From contig JAFGJZ010000177.1 of assembly GCA_016928815.1 (NCBI GenBank), positions 987 to 64,986 on the forward strand: DNA of 64,000 bases. Direction: 5' to 3'. Under the pieces are notes generated by a model, which searched no databases, was not told where the DNA came from, and worked only from the letters and a program-made list of their open reading frames with translations. Positions 18,150 through 26,083 of the stretch are shown here, piece by piece (within the stretch, counting starts at the first letter, position 1; every line of letters begins with the position of its first letter). The translations under genes and the position numbers were made by a program. This stretch comes from Spirochaetota bacterium. GTDB lineage: Bacteria > Spirochaetota > UBA4802 > JAFGJZ01.

Positions 18150-20377
18150 GGTTCCGGATTAAATGTTACTTTACCTTCAGCGTCAACATCAACGGACAGT
18201 CTGCTTCCTTCGATGTCTCCGAAAAGAATTTTTTCCGCAAGAGGTTTCTTGATTTCATTCTGAAGAATTCTGGCAATCTCTCTTGCTCCAAATTCGGTAG
18301 AGTAACCCTTTTCGGCAATTTGTGCTTTTAATGCTTCAGAGACGGTCAGTTCAATTTTTTTCTTTTTCAGTTTATCCGCAAAAAGTCTGATTTCTTTTTC
18401 GACTATTTTCAGAATAAGATCCCTGGAAAGCTGATTGAATGTAATAACAGCATCAAGTCTGTTTCTGAATTCAGGAGAAAAGAACTGTTCAACACTTTTC
18501 AGTATTGAATCAATATGCGTTTCTCCCCCAAACCCGACTTTCTGCCGGTTAATGTCCCTTGCACCGGCATTTGACGTCATTATGATGATTGTATTTCTGA
18601 AATCGGCCTTTCTTCCGTTGTTATCTGTTAACGTGGCATAGTCCATAATCTGCAGCATCGTATTGAAAATGTCGGGATGGGCTTTCTCAATTTCATCAAA
18701 CAGCAGTACGCAGTGAGGATGTTTCCTTATCGATTCAGTGAGAAGTCCTCCTTCATCATATCCTACATATCCCGGAGGGGCGCCGATAAGCCTTGCAACG
18801 GTATGCTTCTCCTGATATTCACTCATGTCAAACCGTATTAATTGGATCCCCAGTGATATTGAAAGCTGACGGGCAAGCTCGGTTTTTCCTACTCCTGTAG
18901 GTCCGGCAAAAAGAAATGACGCTACCGGTTTCTGTTCCTCATTAAAACCTGCCCGTGAACGGATTATGGACGCGACGGTTTTTTCAATAGCGCCGTCCTG
19001 ACCGAATATCTGCTGTTTAAGTTCTTTTTCAAGATATTTGAGTTTGTGCGATTCAGCGGTTGATATGCTTGATTCCGGAATTTTTGTAATTTTTGAAATA
19101 ATCTGTTCAATGTCTTTAACAAATATTTTTTTAGGAACCATTTCGAGATTTTTTATCTGTGCATATGCGCCTGCTTCATCAATTATATCTATTGCTTTAT
19201 CGGGAAGATGTCTGTCATTCATGTATTTTGCCGTAAGCTCGGCAGCCGCCTTTAATGCTGTCCTAGTATATATTACGTTGTGATATTTTTCAAATCTGTC
19301 TTTTAATCCAAGCAGAATTTTGTATGTTTCTTCTATTGAAGGTTCCGGAATGTCGATTTTCTGAAACCTTCTTGAAAGAGCCCTGTCTTTCTCAAAATAT
19401 TTCCGGTATTCCTCATAGGTTGTGGCGCCGATGCACTTTATTTTCCCGGATGCAAGAACCGGCTTCAGGATGTTGCTTGCGTCCATCGATGAACCCGTTG
19501 TTGAACCGGCTCCGACAATGGTGTGTATTTCATCAATAAAAAGGATCGGATTTTCTATTTTGTTTAATTCCGAGATAACTGCTTTCAGTCTGTTTTCAAA
19601 ATCGCCGCGGAATTTTGTGCCGGCAAGCAGGGCGCCCATGTCGAGAGAAAATATCTCCGCGTTTTCTATCTGCCGCGGTACTTTTCCGTCGTGAATCAGT
19701 TGCGCAAGCCCTTCTGAAATTGCTGTTTTACCGACTCCCGGATCACCGACATGAATGGGATTGTTTTTGGTTCTTCGGCAGATAATCTGAATTGTGCGCT
19801 CCAGAATATCCTCCCGGCCTATTAGCGGCTCTATTTTCCCTTCAGCTGCAAGTCTGGAGAGGTTGATTGTGAATTTTTCCAGGTTTTTAGGCTTTCTTTC
19901 AGATTCCTCTGTTTCAGTTTCATCGCTGCTGTGAGATTTTTTTTCTTCAAGATCAATATCATGCGATACAGCTTCAAGAATGTCCAGACGCGTGATTCCC
20001 TGTTTTTTCAGAAAATATGCGGCAAATGATTCCTTTTCGCTGAATATTGCCGCAAGTATATCGCCCAGATCAAGTTCCCCTTTCTGTGATGATTCCACAT
20101 GTATGAATGCCTGCTCAAGGATATTTTCAAGACTTACGGACTGAACAGGCGTAATGATTCCCTCTTTCAGGCGGGGAATATATTTATCCATGTGATCAGA
20201 CAGCTGTTTTTTTAATTCTTCCGTATTTCCGCCGCATGACTCAATAATTGATTTTCCAGAGTCAAAGAACAGAGCGGAATATAGAATGTGCTCCGGAGTC
20301 AGATATTCGTGATTACGGGAGATAGCCTCTTTGAAAGCTGTCTGCATTATGATTTCAAGATCCTTATTTATATTCAT
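18146..20377 (-). CDS. clpA: ATP-dependent Clp protease ATP-binding subunit ClpA
   Basis: Two AAA+ modules with Walker A GDPGVGKTA and GPTGVGKTE. No long middle coiled-coil, so ClpA rather than ClpB. 743 aa. Confidence 0.9.
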   Translation of the reverse strand: MNINKDLEIIMQTAFKEAISRNHEYLTPEHILYSALFFDSGKSIIESCGGNTEELKKQLSDHMDKYIPRLKEGIITPVQSVSLENILEQAFIHVESSQKGELDLGDILAAIFSEKESFAAYFLKKQGITRLDILEAVSHDIDLEEKKSHSSDETETEESERKPKNLEKFTINLSRLAAEGKIEPLIGREDILERTIQIICRRTKNNPIHVGDPGVGKTAISEGLAQLIHDGKVPRQIENAEIFSLDMGALLAGTKFRGDFENRLKAVISELNKIENPILFIDEIHTIVGAGSTTGSSMDASNILKPVLASGKIKCIGATTYEEYRKYFEKDRALSRRFQKIDIPEPSIEETYKILLGLKDRFEKYHNVIYTRTALKAAAELTAKYMNDRHLPDKAIDIIDEAGAYAQIKNLEMVPKKIFVKDIEQIISKITKIPESSISTAESHKLKYLEKELKQQIFGQDGAIEKTVASIIRSRAGFNEEQKPVASFLFAGPTGVGKTELARQLSISLGIQLIRFDMSEYQEKHTVARLIGAPPGYVGYDEGGLLTESIRKHPHCVLLFDEIEKAHPDIFNTMLQIMDYATLTDNNGRKADFRNTIIIMTSNAGARDINRQKVGFGGETHIDSILKSVEQFFSPEFRNRLDAVITFNQLSRDLILKIVEKEIRLFADKLKKKKIELTVSEALKAQIAEKGYSTEFGAREIARILQNEIKKPLAEKILFGDIEGSRLSVDVDAEGKVTFNPEP

Positions 20378-20382
20378 TCCGC

Positions 20383-20694
20383 TTAATCCCTTTCAATTGT
20401 GCATTTAAGAGGAAATCCTCTTTTTTTTGCTTCATTATGAACCTGCCGTACTTTTGACAGAGCGATGTCATAAGTATAATGTCCGCAATGTCCGCTTCCT
20501 TTCTGATGAATGTTGTACATTATTGCAGTGGCTTCGGTAACGTTTTTTCTGAAAATGCTGACCAGCATTTCAACTACGAAATCCATGGTTGAAAAATGAT
20601 CATTAAGCATTATCACGCTATAGAGAGACGGTTCCTTAATCTCTTCTTCAATATCGGTTGATTCATCGGTATATCTGTCTGTTTTTTCGCTCAT
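20383..20694 (-). CDS. clpS: ATP-dependent Clp protease adaptor ClpS
   Basis: 103 aa ClpS-family protein immediately upstream of clpA. Confidence 0.85.
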   Translation of the reverse strand: MSEKTDRYTDESTDIEEEIKEPSLYSVIMLNDHFSTMDFVVEMLVSIFRKNVTEATAIMYNIHQKGSGHCGHYTYDIALSKVRQVHNEAKKRGFPLKCTIERD

Positions 20695-20891
20695 TTCACT
20701 TTTCTTTCAATTGTATATGTATACATTCTAGTGCAATAAAACCATATTTGTCAATTATTTGTATTTTTTTTATCTTAAAGTCGATACATGTTAAGGTCGA
20801 TTATTTAGAGGAAAAAACTTTTTGATTGACAGATAGCAATTCAAAGAAGCTATATAAATCTATATTTCATTAACCAAGAGGAAGATCAGCT

Positions 20892-21641
20892 ATGTTTAGC
20901 GCTTATTTTGAAAAGCTTGAAGATAAATTACTTAAAAAATATTCATCAGCTTCAAAAAACGTAAAATCAGTAAAAACTGCTGCTAAAAAAGTACCTGCAG
21001 CGACAAAAGCTGTAGTGAAAACAGCCAAATCAGCAAAAGTCGATTTAACCGAGCTGAAAAATGTAATAGACGGCATTATCCCGAAAGAGTTCACACTTAC
21101 GGATAAGAAAATTGCCGATACAAGCGGATATGTCGCGGATACTTCGGATTTTATCATATGTGATCCCAAATTCCGTGCTTTTGATGACATATTCAGGGAT
21201 TCAGTTCCGGTGGAGATGGTAAAAGCCGCATTCCGGATTTGTCCGGAAATCAACCGGAAAAATCTTGTGGATACTCTTGTAGATGTAGCTCATATAAAAA
21301 AGAGCAATCATTATACTGATGCAGGGGAACCCAAACCGGCCATTCCTGTATTTGCCATAGCACTTGACTCCTCATATTCACTGAAAGAGGCAAAGGATTC
21401 CATAGTGGAAATTTATCAGCAGGATAATGTTGATTCGCTTTTTGAATTTGATATAATGCTTATACTTGGCAGGGGAATTATTATTAAAAACTGGCGTGAA
21501 AGGAGGAGTTTCATCGCGCTTGAAACAAAAATGGATTCTTTAAAATGGTTCTATATTCTCATGAATGAATACATAGATCTGAATCAGTCCGCTGATCTTA
21601 GATCATATGTGACTGAAACTAAAAAATATGATGAATATTGA
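20892..21641 (+). CDS. Hypothetical protein with Lys/Ala-rich histone-H1-like N-terminal tail and ~200 aa globular domain
   Basis: RBS GAGGAAG then ATG. Residues 15-50: KNVKSVKTAAKKVPAATKAVVKTAKSAKV. Own promoter-like TTGACAGAT at 20826. Confidence 0.55.
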   Translation: MFSAYFEKLEDKLLKKYSSASKNVKSVKTAAKKVPAATKAVVKTAKSAKVDLTELKNVIDGIIPKEFTLTDKKIADTSGYVADTSDFIICDPKFRAFDDIFRDSVPVEMVKAAFRICPEINRKNLVDTLVDVAHIKKSNHYTDAGEPKPAIPVFAIALDSSYSLKEAKDSIVEIYQQDNVDSLFEFDIMLILGRGIIIKNWRERRSFIALETKMDSLKWFYILMNEYIDLNQSADLRSYVTETKKYDEY

Positions 21642-21812
21642 TGTAGAAAAAGAAATTTAGACGTATTGATCACTAATATGGTTTTGTTCTTGACAGATGC
21701 TTCGCTATCTATAAAATATTGAGTGATAAAGATTAAAAACGTTATTTGCATTTATTTTCAGAAAATGATGATGAGATGTTTAGAGTAAAAATGAAAAATT
21801 AGGAGAATTGTT

Positions 21813-22904
21813 TTGAAATCGATATTACTGAAAATTGTCTTTTTTACACTTATGTGTTCAATTACAACCGTTTTGTTTGCTCAAAACGAAGGAAAGGATG
21901 TAATAATAGTACTTGATACTTCCCAGAGTATGATAGGGAAGGGCGGTAAAAATGTTATGCCTGTCGTCAAGGATAGTCTTAAGAATGTCATCGATAACTT
22001 TAATGTCGGGGATTCCCTGACTTTTATGACTTTTGATTCAGATGTAAAGATTTATCCTACCGTATCGCTAACTGATGATAATGCAAAAGATATTGTTAAA
22101 AAATATGTAACTATGGTAGAAGCTACCGGATGGTGGACTTTTACTGACAATATGATTCAGGCTGTAAAGGAAAAAGCGGCTGATATTAAGACAATGAATC
22201 CTGAACGACCGCTGATTGTACTTATTTTTACCGATGCACTTGATGATCCTCCTCCTGCTGATAAAAGCAAAAAGCTTGACATTACTGAAATAGGAAAATT
22301 ACAGAGCGACTATGTCTATCTGATAGACCTGAGTCAGGGTGATTTAAGTGCTCTTCAGGGTAAACTGCAGTCGGATTCAACTGCAAATGTTGAAGTCATC
22401 GATGCAACATCAGATACAGCAACTGCACTTGACAGTATTGGAAGTAAAATTGACAATGCTCAAAATGATTATAATAAAAAGAACCGCCCGTTTTATCTCA
22501 ATCCGTTTTTTATTGCAGCACTTCTTACTGCGATTTTGCTCTGCATACTTATTTACATGATGAGAGCGGCAAGATATAAGGTTGCGGGCATGATTAAATA
22601 CAGAAATCTGGACAAGGTCAGAGTTGAGTGGGAAGAAACTGATCTGAGCCGTTTTCTCAGAAAGAGAGTAGTTATCGGCAAATCTCCGACATATGATCAT
22701 TATTTACGTGATTATGATGACACGAAACCTGTTGTTTTCGAAGCGATCAATTTTCGCGGTAATGTTAAAGTAGCCGTAAACGAAACTCAGGGAATTCAGG
22801 TTGATTTTAAGGGAGATAAGAAAGAATCTTTTTTACGAGACGGTGATACGTTCACTGCAAGTAATTATGAGTTTGTTTATCTTGAGCAGTTAAAGGATAA
22901 ATAA
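21813..22904 (+). CDS. Signal-peptide vWA (MIDAS) domain - TM helix - C-terminal FHA-like domain protein
   Basis: TTG start after AGGAGAA. Signal peptide KSILLKIVFFTLMCSITTVLFAQ. MIDAS motif VIIVLDTSQSM. TM helix FFIAALLTAILLCILIYMM. C-terminal VVIGKSPTYDHYL...FLRDGDTFTASNYEFVY resembles FHA. Confidence 0.65.
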   Translation: MKSILLKIVFFTLMCSITTVLFAQNEGKDVIIVLDTSQSMIGKGGKNVMPVVKDSLKNVIDNFNVGDSLTFMTFDSDVKIYPTVSLTDDNAKDIVKKYVTMVEATGWWTFTDNMIQAVKEKAADIKTMNPERPLIVLIFTDALDDPPPADKSKKLDITEIGKLQSDYVYLIDLSQGDLSALQGKLQSDSTANVEVIDATSDTATALDSIGSKIDNAQNDYNKKNRPFYLNPFFIAALLTAILLCILIYMMRAARYKVAGMIKYRNLDKVRVEWEETDLSRFLRKRVVIGKSPTYDHYLRDYDDTKPVVFEAINFRGNVKVAVNETQGIQVDFKGDKKESFLRDGDTFTASNYEFVYLEQLKDK

Positions 22905-23034
22905 ATTTTAATATGACAGAATTTGTCTGTGTTTATTTGGTTTACGGTTGATAAATAGTACTTGACAGAAGTTCGAATATATTTATTATTACCGGTTATT
23001 TATTTTTGCTTTTTACCTAAAAAGGAGGATATAT

Positions 23035-24978
23035 ATGTCATTAGCTCAATTTCCAAAGAGCCCTAATGCTGTCCATCCCGAGAAACCTAATGCGGTCGGT
23101 TCCAGAAACTCACTCGCACAGGAAGGAAGGGATAAGGTACAGGAATCTGCTCTGATTCTTGATGAAACTACTGATAAGGTACTTCATCATATCGAGACAA
23201 AACTGCCGGAAGAAGTTCTTGCAAAACTGGATGTAATGGGTGGATTGAAAGAGAAACTCTATAATTACATCAACCAGACTTATGTAAACATGTTCAACCG
23301 TTACACAGTAACGATGGAAGATGAATTTGTCAAAAAAATCCGTGATTTCGTTGACAAAGAAGAGTCTAAAGGTCTTGCACGATATACTCCGAGAGAGATG
23401 ATCGAACTTCTCGATAAAATCGGTGGCGCTGATAAGTTCAATACCGGTGAAATCGAAAAATCTATGATCAACATGTACGGACACTTACAGGGTCATATCC
23501 AGCGTGGAATGAACGATCTTGAAAATGATACAAACTCAATTTTAAGACAGAAAACTGACGTAGGTGCTTTTATCCGCGGTGAAAATGCGTATGCTATTTT
23601 AAAATGTATTTTTAAAGATAACGAAATGCGTCCTAAATATGTTTATGACGTTAAACTTTCAGTTAACATCCTGGATTCGGAGCTTATCAGTCCGATTTAT
23701 CATTACCAGGTAACTGTTGAGTCCTTACTGAAAGAAGCGATTCAGAAACACATTCAGGAACTGATTGTTAAAGAGATTGACAGACTTAAGGAAGAACTTG
23801 TTGATCAGGGTCATGCCGAGATGAGCGGTTCTGAAATTATGTTTGAAAAAATCAAGAAAATTGAAAATTACACAGACGACGATTCTGAGGATGAAAAATC
23901 CAAACGTTATACAATTCTTGCCAAGAAATTTCTTGATAGAATTGAAGGTCTTCGTGCAACAATTGATCTTGATGATTATGATCCGCTTAATATCCGTGAG
24001 AATATTAAGTATGTAATTGATGAAGAAAACATCAGAAACAGGGGTTATAATACTACAATCAATGCAATCACTTCTATTCTTGATACATCAAAACTTGGTT
24101 ATCAGGTTTGTGATAACATGAAAAACGCGCGTGTTTGTATCATTAAGGAATATGAAGAGCAGGATCACACTCTTCTTCCTGATGAAAGATACGACATCAG
24201 ACTTGCATATTATGATCAGGCTCAGTTAAGAGAAACTGTTCGTGAATATGACAGACAGATGGATGCTTTCACACGTGAAATTTCAACAGTCGGCGATGTT
24301 CTTGATGCTCATTACCAGTCATCTAAAAGATTCAGATCTCTTAAAGATTTCGAAGATCTTTCAAAACGTCTCATGAACCGTGAGTGGCTGAGAAGAAAAG
24401 AAGCAGAAAAACATGATTCGTCTTTTGTACACAAAGATGACCTTGGAATGCTTTACTGTGAAAACACTTTTGTAGAAAAAAATAACAGAACATATGAAGA
24501 TAGAATCAAGTTCCTGAAACGAAGACTTACAACTTACAAGGATCAGCTTCAGAAACTTCACGGCTATCAGAATCCTATTGAGCGTGTAATCCTTGACGAA
24601 AGGGTTGATTATGTAACTAAAAGATTTAATGAATTCACATATCAGGTAAATCCGCATCACATACAGCCGGGTATGATTCTTGATCTTAATGTAACAACCA
24701 TCAAGAGAAAACAGTTCATGCTTAAAGGAATGGCAAACGTATTAAATGAATTCCTTTCAGGTGTATCTAAAGGATTTCAGGATGCTGCATTCGCAACATT
24801 TAAAAGACGCAGATCAACAATCCGTGAAGATATTGATCAGTCTTTTTCAGTTGACGACGCTTCTGAACAGAATCTGTTTGAAATGGCATACAAAACAAAT
24901 TCGGATGACATTTCAGGTTCAGTAGATCTTTCACCAAAAAAAGCTAAATCTAAAAAATCAGGTTTAAAAGAACTGTAA
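23035..24978 (+). CDS. Large cytoplasmic hypothetical protein (647 aa); candidate cytoplasmic-filament protein CfpA-like, assigned by position relative to ppdK
   Basis: Strong RBS AGGAGG. No TM or signal sequence. Charged, coiled-coil-prone segments. From memory, treponemal cfpA lies two genes from ppdK, as here; the protein sequence itself was not compared. Confidence 0.45.
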   Translation: MSLAQFPKSPNAVHPEKPNAVGSRNSLAQEGRDKVQESALILDETTDKVLHHIETKLPEEVLAKLDVMGGLKEKLYNYINQTYVNMFNRYTVTMEDEFVKKIRDFVDKEESKGLARYTPREMIELLDKIGGADKFNTGEIEKSMINMYGHLQGHIQRGMNDLENDTNSILRQKTDVGAFIRGENAYAILKCIFKDNEMRPKYVYDVKLSVNILDSELISPIYHYQVTVESLLKEAIQKHIQELIVKEIDRLKEELVDQGHAEMSGSEIMFEKIKKIENYTDDDSEDEKSKRYTILAKKFLDRIEGLRATIDLDDYDPLNIRENIKYVIDEENIRNRGYNTTINAITSILDTSKLGYQVCDNMKNARVCIIKEYEEQDHTLLPDERYDIRLAYYDQAQLRETVREYDRQMDAFTREISTVGDVLDAHYQSSKRFRSLKDFEDLSKRLMNREWLRRKEAEKHDSSFVHKDDLGMLYCENTFVEKNNRTYEDRIKFLKRRLTTYKDQLQKLHGYQNPIERVILDERVDYVTKRFNEFTYQVNPHHIQPGMILDLNVTTIKRKQFMLKGMANVLNEFLSGVSKGFQDAAFATFKRRRSTIREDIDQSFSVDDASEQNLFEMAYKTNSDDISGSVDLSPKKAKSKKSGLKEL

Positions 24979-24997
24979 TAACTGATTAATAAAAATT

Positions 24998-25029
24998 AAA
25001 AAGCTGCCATACGGCAGCTTTTTTTTTAT
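24998..25029 (+). terminator. Rho-independent terminator (AAGCTGCC-ATAC-GGCAGCTT + T9)
   Basis: 8-bp GC-rich stem followed by TTTTTTTTT, 20 nt after the stop at 24978. Confidence 0.6.
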
Positions 25030-25123
25030 TATTTTAATTAAAATTTTCAATAATTACTTGCTATTAATCTGTTAAGAGTTTTATAATTGATAAAATTTAT
25101 TTATATGAGGGAGGGATCTTAAT

Positions 25124-26053
25124 ATGTTTGATTCTACTTATTATACTCTCGGATCTAAAGCTAATTTTAATAAAGCGCTCAGGCATTTTTATAAGGTATC
25201 AGAAGTTGTTGACGGGGTTGATACAAGAGAAAATCTTGCTGATATATTAAATCTTGAATTAGATGAAGAGGAAGTGCAGTCTGCACAGATACTGCCGATT
25301 GTCGGAGCCGTAATAAAGGATAAATTTCATTATACCTATGAAGCTTTCGATATTCCGGTGACAATAAATGATTTCACCAAAATTGTTAACGTAACTTCCA
25401 AATGGACCGCCCTGGATCTTGTTATTGTTTATTTCAATCCAAACGGTTCTGTTTTTGTAATAAATCCTAAAAATGAAAATCACTGGAATAAAGTCCGTGA
25501 ACTTTCTTCTGATCATTTAATTGTAATATATTCTAAATATCTGAAAAATGAAGATGGAAATGATAAGATTGAAAAAGAATCCATCAAGGCAATGGAAGCA
25601 CTTTTAATCGGAAAAGATGTATTTGCCAATAAGGACTTTATAGATGCCAGTTATAAGCCTAAAGCTCAGCCTGTACAACCGCCTCAGCCTGTACAGCAGA
25701 TGGCTGCAGTAGGCGGCGGTCAGAGACGAAGTACTCCGAAGTATTCAGTTCAGGTAACAAATGAACTTTTCCATAATGGAAATGTAGAGTCATGGAAAAA
25801 AATTATTGAAAGCTTTAAGCTGACTCATCCGACTCTTGATGTAATTGTTTTTTATGAAGGTGAATTGATTAACGACCTTAATTCTCTTTTTAAGTGGGGA
25901 AAGGTTAAACATCATGGTCTGATATTTTTTCAGGTTGTCGGTGAAAATATTAAAGATGTATCTAAACTTCAGAAATATCTTTTTGAGGGTGCAAGTCCGC
26001 GTTTTGAGCAGTTTCTTAAAGGATCCGTCGGTCAGGTACTTAATCTTTTTTAA
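25124..26053 (+). CDS. Hypothetical two-domain protein with PQ-rich linker (PKAQPVQPPQPVQQ)
   Basis: RBS GAGGGAGGG then ATG. Promoter-like TTGCTA-N17-TATAAT upstream. 309 aa, no known motif. Confidence 0.55.
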   Translation: MFDSTYYTLGSKANFNKALRHFYKVSEVVDGVDTRENLADILNLELDEEEVQSAQILPIVGAVIKDKFHYTYEAFDIPVTINDFTKIVNVTSKWTALDLVIVYFNPNGSVFVINPKNENHWNKVRELSSDHLIVIYSKYLKNEDGNDKIEKESIKAMEALLIGKDVFANKDFIDASYKPKAQPVQPPQPVQQMAAVGGGQRRSTPKYSVQVTNELFHNGNVESWKKIIESFKLTHPTLDVIVFYEGELINDLNSLFKWGKVKHHGLIFFQVVGENIKDVSKLQKYLFEGASPRFEQFLKGSVGQVLNLF

Positions 26054-26083
26054 TAATGGTTACTATTTGGAGGAATATCCGTA

